Origin: a virus | Taxonomy: Duplodnaviria > Caudoviricetes | Virus record (IMG/VR): IMGVR_UViG_3300046751_000335 | Span: 1 to 26,277 of that record | DNA: 26,277 nucleotides | Strand: one strand, 5' to 3' | Shown: one piece after another, positions 1 to 6,945 of the stretch | Layout of the letters: each line of letters opens with the position of its first letter | How positions within the stretch are numbered: position 1 is the first letter of the stretch | Made by a program: the position numbers and the translations under genes | Notes under the pieces: generated by a model | The model's input: the letters and a program-made list of their open reading frames with translations, nothing else | Told to the model about the DNA's origin: nothing | The model's database searches: none

Positions 1-2
1 TA

Positions 3-398
3 CGTGCGGCTGGTATTAATGCTCACCCTGCTCCAAGTAATGACGCTGTTATGCGAGTGGAAGCAGTCGAAGGTGTCTTAAACCGTATGTCAGATGGCTA
101 TCCGTGTATGACTGTAAGCCCGAATTGTACCACTTTAATAGCAGGGTTTGAAGGTGGTTATCAGTACAAGCGCACATATAATATGGGCAATGAACGTTAT
201 GATGAACGTCCTAGTAAAAACAGGTTCTCTCATATACATGATGCACTGCAATATGCCTTCTTAGGTGGTGGCGAAGGCCGAAAAGTCATCTTTGGGGGTC
301 ATAAACCTGTCTCTCACACCACTGTAGAGCGAGGTGGCACTCCCTTTGGACGATTAAAGTCAAGGAACAGGCTCTCACGAAGGGTTTCGGGGCTGTGA
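3..398 (+). CDS. terL: Terminase large subunit, C-terminal nuclease part (5' truncated by window)
   Basis: Frame is open from base 3 (RAAGINAHPAPSNDAVMRVEAV...). Contains 'C.TLIAGFEGGYQY...P.KNRFSHIHDALQY', the typical TerL C-terminal H..DAL.Y motif. Lies upstream of the portal. Confidence 0.88.
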   Translation, partial: RAAGINAHPAPSNDAVMRVEAVEGVLNRMSDGYPCMTVSPNCTTLIAGFEGGYQYKRTYNMGNERYDERPSKNRFSHIHDALQYAFLGGGEGRKVIFGGHKPVSHTTVERGGTPFGRLKSRNRLSRRVSGL

Positions 399-802
399 AG
401 TGGATAATTTGCTTCTGTGAAAGCGAGAATATAGGGTTATGGAAGTATTTTACTAAGCATAACAAGGGTTTTAGCCATGTTTTTGCAGTTAAATTTGATG
501 TTGAACATGAAATATGGACTAAATACGAGTTTAGTACACATGGCTTTAGGTTTGAAAACTACAAAGGCAAAGAAGCTGACGTTCTGTTTGCCACAATGAT
601 GGAGTATTGGACATGCTTGGATGTTGAGGTTAAAGATAAGCCAATATATATGCCTAGATTGATGTATTGCGTTTCCTTTATTAAACACATAGTTGGCTTA
701 AATAAGTTCTGGGTATTAACGCCCTACCAGTTATATTGTGAATTGCTTAAAGATGGAGCGCAAATCATGTTTGAAAAAGATAAAGGAGACTCTGATGGGT
801 AG
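395..802 (+). CDS. Hypothetical protein, possible circularly permuted papain-like (NlpC/P60) peptidase
   Basis: GTGA overlap with the terL stop. Motifs FSHVF ... MYCVSFIK..G ... TPYQLY show His-before-Cys order. Confidence 0.6.
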   Translation: MKWIICFCESENIGLWKYFTKHNKGFSHVFAVKFDVEHEIWTKYEFSTHGFRFENYKGKEADVLFATMMEYWTCLDVEVKDKPIYMPRLMYCVSFIKHIVGLNKFWVLTPYQLYCELLKDGAQIMFEKDKGDSDG

Positions 803-1064
803 TGTATTTAAAAAACCTAAGATGCCACAAAAAAGCCAAGAGCAGATTGATGCTGAACAAGCGGAAAAAGACCGTCTTGCTAAAGTGGAAGCTGATGCAG
901 AAGCCGATAAATTAGACCAAGAGCGTAAAGCTTCAGCCAATCTTACAGGCAGACGCTCACTTCAGGCGGCTGAAATGGAAGGCTATACTGGCTATCGCAG
1001 AAAACAAATGGGTGCGGCAACGCCAACACCTACTGGCTCAATGGGTCAATCTATTAGAAAGTAG
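795..1064 (+). CDS. Small virion-associated hypothetical protein preceding portal (MGSVFKKPKMP...)
   Basis: AAGGAG RBS at 783-788 supports ATG 795 rather than 738. MG..F.KPK.P start is typical of the small gene before T7-like portals. Confidence 0.7.
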   Translation: MGSVFKKPKMPQKSQEQIDAEQAEKDRLAKVEADAEADKLDQERKASANLTGRRSLQAAEMEGYTGYRRKQMGAATPTPTGSMGQSIRK

Positions 1065-1072
1065 GTACTGAT

Positions 1073-2656
1073 ATGTACGGTGCAGGGCAAGGTGACGGAA
1101 ATCCAACTGTTTCTGGCGGTGAATCCAAACAGGAACTAAAACGTATTATGGACAGATACAAGAAGGCCAAGGGTAGATGGAACTCTTGGTCTGATTTGTG
1201 GGAGGAAATCTATGATTACGTTATTCCTCATCGTGAGAGCTTCTTTCAGGAAAGCAGTGCAAACCGTAGAACAGAAAATATCTATGACGAAACTGCTGTT
1301 GTGGGTCTTCCTAAGTTTGCTAGTCGCTTACAACTTGGTTTTTTTCCTCCTAATGGTCGTGCATTTAGACTCGCCCCCGGTCCTGAGTTTCCAAAAGAAC
1401 TAAGAAGCAAATCATTAGATGAAGAGCTAGATAGAATTACAGACCTTATTCATGAAGGTTTGCGTAACTCTAACTTTAATTCTGAGATGCATGAGGGTTT
1501 GCAAGACCTAGGCATTGGCACAATGAACCTGTTGTGTGAAGAGGGACGCTTCCAAGGGGACTTGCATTTCTCTGCCGTGCCTCCAACTAACTTAGCGTTG
1601 TTGCCGGGTCGCATGGATGGAGTTTCAGACTGGTTTCGCTGGAACAACAACATGGATATCACCGAAGTAAAGCACAGATATCCTAAAGCTAAATACACTG
1701 AAAAAATGATGAGTGAGCAAAAGCGCAATCCTACTCGCAAGACTAAGATTGTTGAAGCTACTCTTTATGATGAGACAAACAGGTTTAAAGACGAATACAC
1801 ATATTACCTGATATCTGAGACAGATAACGAAATCCTTATTAAAGATACGATGAAGGGTCGTGGTTCTGTTCCTTGGATTACTACACGTTGGTCTAAGTCT
1901 GGTTTTGAAGTATGGGGCAGAGGTCCTGTACTACAAGCAATGCCAGCTATTAAAACACTGAATCTGACTGTTCAGCTTATTCTTGAAAATGCTGAGATGG
2001 CTATCGCTGGTAGCTATATTTATGATGATGATGGTGTGTTTAACCCAGATAACATAACTATCCAGCCCGGAACTTTCATTCCTAGAAGTCCGGGATCTAG
2101 TATATCTCCATTGCAGAGTGCTGGCAGATTTGACGTGGCACAGCTTGTTTTGGATGATATGCGTAGGAATGTACGCAAAGCATTGTTTATTGATGAGCTA
2201 GACACAAGGCCAAATGCAAGAACGCCTTTGTCTGCCACTGAGGTTTCTGAAAGACTAGCTGACGTATCAAGAGATATGGGTGCTGTAGCTGGTCGTATGC
2301 AGAAAGAGTTTTTACAGCCGCTTGTTGAGAGAGTAATACACATTTACACAAAGCAAGGGCTGTTAGACATACCGAAGGTGGATGGCAGGGAATTGCGTAT
2401 CGTACCAGTATCTCCCCTGCTAAGAGCGCAAGACCAGCAAGACGTGTCTGATTTTGTTCGCTTTCAACAGACAGTCGCATCTACCTTCGGCCCTGAGATT
2501 ACGCCTGTTCTATACAACCAAGAAGCTGTTATTAAGTACCTTGCCGCTAAGTTCGGTGTTCAAGAGGAGCTTTTAGCTGAAGCAAGCCAAGTACAAGAAA
2601 ATGTACAAACAATGCAACAGTTAATGCAAGCTCAACAAGGGATGCCGCAACAATGA
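1073..2656 (+). CDS. Portal (head-tail connector) protein, T7 gp8-like
   Basis: 527 aa. Motifs W.EI.DY..P.R, SNF..E.H....DL...G, RW.K..GEVWGRGP-like, SATEV.ER, EFL.PL..R. Confidence 0.95.
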   Translation: MYGAGQGDGNPTVSGGESKQELKRIMDRYKKAKGRWNSWSDLWEEIYDYVIPHRESFFQESSANRRTENIYDETAVVGLPKFASRLQLGFFPPNGRAFRLAPGPEFPKELRSKSLDEELDRITDLIHEGLRNSNFNSEMHEGLQDLGIGTMNLLCEEGRFQGDLHFSAVPPTNLALLPGRMDGVSDWFRWNNNMDITEVKHRYPKAKYTEKMMSEQKRNPTRKTKIVEATLYDETNRFKDEYTYYLISETDNEILIKDTMKGRGSVPWITTRWSKSGFEVWGRGPVLQAMPAIKTLNLTVQLILENAEMAIAGSYIYDDDGVFNPDNITIQPGTFIPRSPGSSISPLQSAGRFDVAQLVLDDMRRNVRKALFIDELDTRPNARTPLSATEVSERLADVSRDMGAVAGRMQKEFLQPLVERVIHIYTKQGLLDIPKVDGRELRIVPVSPLLRAQDQQDVSDFVRFQQTVASTFGPEITPVLYNQEAVIKYLAAKFGVQEELLAEASQVQENVQTMQQLMQAQQGMPQQ

Positions 2657-2910
2657 AGGAGAAGATAAATGTTTCAGTCGATGGTCGTGGGTATAGCAAA
2701 GAAGTTGATAAAGACCTTAATAGTAAAGCCTATGGTCTGTTCGGCGGTGGTATCGGAAAAGATTTTCTACATTACTTGGAGTCGCTCACAACGAATAACG
2801 TATACCCTGCGGGAACTGGAATCGAAACTCTAGCTCACGCTGAGGGTTCTAGGTGGTTAGTAGCAATTATCAAAGCTAGATGTGAACAAGGGAGAAAGCA
2901 AGGTGAATAG
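2653..2910 (+). CDS. Conserved phage hypothetical protein following portal (Bbp19-like)
   Basis: ATGA overlap with the portal stop. Pattern F....GK..L.YL...T......LAH.EG.R..V..I. Confidence 0.7.
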   Translation: MKEKINVSVDGRGYSKEVDKDLNSKAYGLFGGGIGKDFLHYLESLTTNNVYPAGTGIETLAHAEGSRWLVAIIKARCEQGRKQGE

Positions 2911-3136
2911 AAGTATACCGAAACCAGCTAAAACAAAGCTTCTGAAGAAAACTGGTGCTGTTAGTGATTTTATTATGACAGTAGGTCCTCATGCTGACCA
3001 GATTGCTAGTTATGGCGCACAAGGTTTAGCGGCATTTGGTGCTGGTGTGTATGGTCGTGGTCTTTACAAAAAATACAAAGAAACGAGAGAAGGCTTCAAA
3101 AGCATGAAAAGATACATGGGAAGGAAGCCTGACTAA
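2903..3136 (+). CDS. Small basic hypothetical protein
   Basis: GTG 2903 after GGGAG, overlapping the upstream gene end (alternative GTG 2882). K/R-rich. Stop is coupled to the next ATG (TAATG). Confidence 0.6.
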   Translation: MNRSIPKPAKTKLLKKTGAVSDFIMTVGPHADQIASYGAQGLAAFGAGVYGRGLYKKYKETREGFKSMKRYMGRKPD

Positions 3137-3273
3137 TGGCTAAACCAGCAAATCCAGCGTTATATGCAAGAGCAAAAGCTATTGTTAAGAAGAGGGTCAA
3201 CAAGTGGCCTTCTGCTTATGCGTCTGGTCAACTGGTACAACAGTATAAGAAAATGGGGGGCAAATACAAATGA
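3136..3273 (+). CDS. 45-aa basic protein, resembles N-terminal half of DUF5872 family (not in ORF track)
   Basis: Translated by hand: MAKPANPALYARAKAIVKKRVNKWPSAYASGQLVQQYKKMGGKYK. TAATG and ATGA coupling on the two sides. Confidence 0.8.
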   Translation: MAKPANPALYARAKAIVKKRVNKWPSAYASGQLVQQYKKMGGKYK

Positions 3274-3500
3274 GCCTCACCAAATGGTTTGATGAGAAAT
3301 GGGTAGATATATCCACAAAGGAGGGTGGTAAGCATCCTAAGTGTGGGCGTTCTAAAGGTGATGGTCGTAGTTATCCTAAATGCGTTCCGTCATCTAAAGC
3401 CTCATCTATGAGTGCAGCCGCAAAGAAGAAAGCGGTTGCTCGTAAACGTGCCACTAATCCTAGCGGTGGTGGTAAGAAACCAACTTATGCGAGGACGTAA
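3270..3500 (+). CDS. 76-aa basic protein, resembles C-terminal half of DUF5872-type proteins
   Basis: L.KWF.EKWVD...CGRS...YPKC.P motif. Coupled to both neighbours. Confidence 0.75.
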   Translation: MSLTKWFDEKWVDISTKEGGKHPKCGRSKGDGRSYPKCVPSSKASSMSAAAKKKAVARKRATNPSGGGKKPTYART

Positions 3501-3814
3501 TGAGCAGAAACGAGCCCAGAAAAACAACCCCTAAAAAACAACGTCAATTAAGAAAAATGGGTCCTCAAACCTATGAAGATTTTTTTGCATCACAATCTAG
3601 GCTAGGAAAAGGAAGGGAACTTCAAAGTCAAAGATATTATGAAGAAGTTACTAAAAAGATAAATTCGTTTCCAACGCCACCTCCACAAGTAAAAATGTCT
3701 ATCCCAAAAGGTTTTGGGACTGATAAACAAGAAGATGGTCCTAGCGATACTTATGTAAAAGGTATACTGGATAGAGTAAACAAAGACGATAGACTAAAGA
3801 AATTTAGGATTTGA
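3500..3814 (+). CDS. Basic hypothetical protein
   Basis: TAATG coupling. Fills the gap in the operon. K/R-rich. Confidence 0.6.
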   Translation: MSRNEPRKTTPKKQRQLRKMGPQTYEDFFASQSRLGKGRELQSQRYYEEVTKKINSFPTPPPQVKMSIPKGFGTDKQEDGPSDTYVKGILDRVNKDDRLKKFRI

Positions 3815-3821
3815 GGGCATT

Positions 3822-4091
3822 ATGGCTAAGTCAGCGGCATGGCAACGTAAAGAGGGAAAAGACCCTAAGGGTGGACTTAATCGTAAAGGTCGTGCATCTT
3901 TGCGTAGACAAGGCAAGAATATCAAGCGTCCTGTATCTGCCAAGCAAGCTAAGAAGTCACCAAAAGCAGCCGCTAGACGTAGAAGTTTTTGTAAGCGGAT
4001 GATGGGTATGAAAAAGAAGCTTACAAGCAAAAAGACGGCTAATGACCCTAATAGCCGTATCAACAAAGCACTAAGGAAGTGGGATTGTTAA
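3822..4091 (+). CDS. Highly basic phage protein, DUF6321-like
   Basis: AAWQRKEGKDPKGGLN.KGRAS...RRRSFC.RM.GM....D..SRINKALRKWDC. GAGGG RBS upstream. Confidence 0.8.
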   Translation: MAKSAAWQRKEGKDPKGGLNRKGRASLRRQGKNIKRPVSAKQAKKSPKAAARRRSFCKRMMGMKKKLTSKKTANDPNSRINKALRKWDC

Positions 4092-4843
4092 TGTCGGAAG
4101 AAACAGCAGAAGTAGAAGTACAAACTGAAGAGGTTCAGGCTGGAGGGTCGGAGCAACCTCAGGAAACTCAGTCAGAAAGACCTGAATGGCTTCCAGAGAA
4201 GTTTGACAGGCCAGAAGAGCTAGCGAATAGCTATAGCGAACTGGAAAGAGCGTTTTATACACGCAAAGAAGAATTACGAACTCAAATTGTAGAAGAGCTT
4301 AACCAAGAAGCTGTTAAGCAAGCTCCTATTAGTCCAGCAGACTATGAGATGCAATTTGAAGCACCAGAAGGTCTTGAGTACAGTGTAGCAGATGATGACC
4401 CAATGGTAGATTGGTTTAGGCAGACTGCACATAACTACGGTCTATCTCAAGATGAATTTAATGGTTTAATGAACGAGTATATTCAAGTAGATGCTCAAAG
4501 AGGACCTGATTGGAATAGTGAATCAGAAGCTCTGGGTGAATATGCTGAAAAGCGTTTAGAACGTGTAGATGGATGGGCGCATGGCAATCTGAGCGAAGAA
4601 GCTTACAATGTCTTTGCTAATGTCCCTGCATCTGCTGGTATGGTTCAACTGTTTGAAGAATTGATGGAACTGAATGGTCAGCCTCAGTTCAACATGACTT
4701 CAGACTCAGAGTTTCAAGAGCGTATTAGTCGTGAAGACCTTATGTCTATGCAAAACGACCCACGTTATTGGAAAGAGAAAGACCCTGCATTTATCTCTAA
4801 GGTAAGGGCTGGTTTTGCTCAACTATCGAGACAGAACGGATAA
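4091..4843 (+). CDS. Capsid assembly (scaffolding) protein
   Basis: Very acidic, with ERPEWLPEKF...LA.SY.ELE and C-terminal DPRYW..D motifs. ATG 4091 is coupled by TAATG. Directly upstream of the capsid gene. Confidence 0.85.
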   Translation: MSEETAEVEVQTEEVQAGGSEQPQETQSERPEWLPEKFDRPEELANSYSELERAFYTRKEELRTQIVEELNQEAVKQAPISPADYEMQFEAPEGLEYSVADDDPMVDWFRQTAHNYGLSQDEFNGLMNEYIQVDAQRGPDWNSESEALGEYAEKRLERVDGWAHGNLSEEAYNVFANVPASAGMVQLFEELMELNGQPQFNMTSDSEFQERISREDLMSMQNDPRYWKEKDPAFISKVRAGFAQLSRQNG

Positions 4844-4873
4844 TGTGAATTTTCTAATTTTGTCTTATGTGAA
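4841..4873 (+). promoter_or_regulatory. Candidate late promoter/operator: TAATGTGAAT (4841-4850) plus TTATGTGAA (4865-4873)
   Basis: Lies in the only long intergenic gap of the late operon. The same 10-mer recurs at 16218 (+) and 25858-25867 (-). Confidence 0.5.
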
Positions 4874-4889
4874 AATGTAATTGTACTAG

Positions 4890-4941
4890 AAGGCCCAAAA
4901 GCGATGGATAACCGAAAGGCCCTGAGTGGATGGATAACCAG
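4890..4941 (+). repeat. Two tandem 26-bp units AAGGCCC-N6-GATGGATAACC-N2 in capsid gene leader
   Basis: aaggcccaaaagcgatggataaccga / aaggccctgagtggatggataaccag. Confidence 0.85.
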
Positions 4942-4983
4942 AAAGAACAAAACTTAATTGTAACTTGAACAAAGGAGGGTGTT

Positions 4984-5811
4984 ATGGCAACACCAACAAT
5001 TGATACCTCCTTTATCGAGGAGTTTGAATCTGGCGTCCACATGGCGTACCAGCGTCAAGGCTCTAAGTTGCGTGGTACTATTCGTACAGCTAATGGCGTA
5101 AAGAATAAGACCACCTTCCAAAAAATCGGTAAAGGCTTTGCTACAACCAAGGCTCGTCATGGTAACGTAGCACCAATGAATCTTGATCACACAAACGTGT
5201 CAGTAACTCTTGAAGATTACTTCGCAGGTGAGTGGGTTGATGATTTAGACCAGCTACGCATCAATCATGATGAAATGTTAGTCGCACAACAGTCAGGTGC
5301 TTATGCACTTGGTCGTAAGACTGACGAACTCATCTTGGATGCAATGGACACAACAACTAATAACCTAAACGAAACAACAAACGGTATTACACTGGCATGG
5401 GCATTTAGCCTGATGGAAGCATTCGGTAACAACGATGTTCCTGATGATGGTCAGCGTTACTGTGTTGTCGGTTGGGAAAACTGGTCACAGTTGATGGACA
5501 TTGATGAGTTTTCACGTGCTGAGTACATCGGTACAGAAAACCTACCATTTGCTAACTCAATCACTGCAAAGCAGTGGCTTGGCTTTACATGGTTTCCGTT
5601 CTCAGGCCTAGACGAAGCTGGCTCTGGTAACGTAGACCGCAAGTGTTTTGCTTGGCACTCTTCAGCGATTGGTCATGCAATTGGTGCAGATGTTTCATCC
5701 AACATGCAGTATCACAACGATAAGGACGCATACTTTGTTCTGAATAAGATGCAAATGAATGCCACACTTATTGACGCAGATGCATGTTACGAACTGCAAC
5801 TGAAGAAATAA
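4984..5811 (+). CDS. Major capsid protein
   Basis: Strong RBS AAGGAGG. F..EF...VH.AYQRQGSKLR.T..., D.LD.LR.N.DE, AYALGRKTD..I motifs. Follows the scaffold gene. Confidence 0.92.
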   Translation: MATPTIDTSFIEEFESGVHMAYQRQGSKLRGTIRTANGVKNKTTFQKIGKGFATTKARHGNVAPMNLDHTNVSVTLEDYFAGEWVDDLDQLRINHDEMLVAQQSGAYALGRKTDELILDAMDTTTNNLNETTNGITLAWAFSLMEAFGNNDVPDDGQRYCVVGWENWSQLMDIDEFSRAEYIGTENLPFANSITAKQWLGFTWFPFSGLDEAGSGNVDRKCFAWHSSAIGHAIGADVSSNMQYHNDKDAYFVLNKMQMNATLIDADACYELQLKK

Positions 5812-5823
5812 GGAGAGGTTATA

Positions 5824-6084
5824 ATGGCATTCGTAGACGCAGACTTCACCTTAGTCAATTATTCAGGCAACGGCTTTCACCTTTGGCACTACAAGTCAAC
5901 TGCTGATGCTCTGAATGCAATTGATGCCGCTAGCTACTTTGATTCAAAGTCTAGCGAAATCAATGTTGGCGATGTAATCTTTATCAATGCTTCTAATGGT
6001 TTTGGTATTGCTACTGTTGTTTCTAACTCTGGCGGTGTTGTCGATACAGGCGATATCGTGAGTATGACTACAGATAGTCGCTAA
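5824..6084 (+). CDS. Probable head decoration/cement protein
   Basis: 86 aa, beta-rich (W.Y.S.D......YF.....I.VGDVI). Strong RBS AAGGAGAGG. Immediately after the MCP. Confidence 0.6.
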   Translation: MAFVDADFTLVNYSGNGFHLWHYKSTADALNAIDAASYFDSKSSEINVGDVIFINASNGFGIATVVSNSGGVVDTGDIVSMTTDSR

Positions 6085-6212
6085 TGGCTAAAGCACCAAC
6101 AAAGAAGGCGGCAGAGAAATCTGCCCCTTCACCTTCTCCAAAGACGAAGAAAATCCGTAGTGGAACAGTAACCTTTGGAAAAGGCGTAACCTTAGGAAAG
6201 GGAGTTAAGTAA
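6084..6212 (+). CDS. 42-aa Lys/Pro-rich microprotein (not in ORF track)
   Basis: MAKAPTKKAAEKSAPSPSPKTKKIRSGTVTFGKGVTLGKGVK. TAATG coupling at both ends. Confidence 0.7.
   Translation: MAKAPTKKAAEKSAPSPSPKTKKIRSGTVTFGKGVTLGKGVK
6104..6130 (+). terminator. GC-rich hairpin with GAAA loop downstream of capsid genes (possible attenuator or mRNA stabiliser)
   Basis: GAAGG-c-GGCAGA GAAA TCTGCC-CCTTC: 11-bp stem with one bulge. No U-tract follows. Confidence 0.4.
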
Positions 6213-6328
6213 TGACCCCATGTAAATCATGCCCATATCCGGGCAAATGTAGGGCTGCTGGAAAATGTTTAAATCCTCCTAAGGGTGGCAAAACAATGGG
6301 CAATAAAAAATCAGGATACGGTAAGTAA
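6212..6328 (+). CDS. 38-aa basic four-cysteine microprotein (not in ORF track)
   Basis: MTPCKSCPYPGKCRAAGKCLNPPKGGKTMGNKKSGYGK. TAATG coupling at both ends, preceded by GGGAG. Confidence 0.7.
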   Translation: MTPCKSCPYPGKCRAAGKCLNPPKGGKTMGNKKSGYGK

Positions 6329-6942
6329 TGCCAACTACTCCATCCACAGATATTGAAGTTGCACAAAAGGCTATGGTTCTTATTGGGCTAGAGCCTTTGA
6401 CTTCATTTACAGATGCTACTGATGAAGCATTGGTTGCTAACACAATATATGAGGATGTGGTTACTGACTGTCTTGCACAGCACAACTGGAACTTTGCAAC
6501 AGGTCAGAAGATTATGTCTAGGCTTACTGCCGCACCTGTTGATAGATGGGAAGCGGCTTATGCCCTGCCTACTAATCCTCCTGTTGTACAAGCACTTACC
6601 GTTACAATAGACAACACCCCACAGCCATACGACATCTATGAGCGTTATGTTTATATTAATGCTGAAGTAGCTGATGAGGTTGTTCTGAACTATGTGTTTA
6701 GACCTGAAACTCAGTATTGGCCTCCTGCATTTACTATGTGGGTTATTTTTAGACTTGCATCTGTTTTGGCTTTATCTGTGACTAGAAAAGGCGATGTTGC
6801 CACTTCTTACACAAATCTGGCAGAAGCACAGTTTAGAAAAGCTAAGGCTAGAGACTCACAACAGGTAACAACACAAGGCATTCGCTTGAATCGTTACAGC
6901 AGAGCAAGAGTTGGTGCATACCAGCAAATAGAAGGCACATAA
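6328..6942 (+). CDS. Tail adaptor / tail tubular protein A (T7 gp11-like)
   Basis: AL/M..IG.EP..S.....EA.....Y.......L..H.WNFA, Y.LP, A...D.Q motifs. Size and position fit. Confidence 0.88.
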   Translation: MPTTPSTDIEVAQKAMVLIGLEPLTSFTDATDEALVANTIYEDVVTDCLAQHNWNFATGQKIMSRLTAAPVDRWEAAYALPTNPPVVQALTVTIDNTPQPYDIYERYVYINAEVADEVVLNYVFRPETQYWPPAFTMWVIFRLASVLALSVTRKGDVATSYTNLAEAQFRKAKARDSQQVTTQGIRLNRYSRARVGAYQQIEGT

Positions 6943-6945
6943 TGA

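Noticed and set aside
4890-4941. Mini-CRISPR array
   Set aside because: Only two units with a 6-nt variable part, far too short for spacers, and no cas genes.
4954-4970. CtrA-like box TTAA-N7-TTGA before the capsid RBS
   Set aside because: It is mismatched, a single instance, and in AT-rich sequence.
5809-5826. Capsid and decoration genes are in the same frame (TAA + 4 codons), suggesting read-through fusion
   Set aside because: TAA is rarely read through, the spacer is simply a strong RBS, and same-frame has a 1-in-3 chance.
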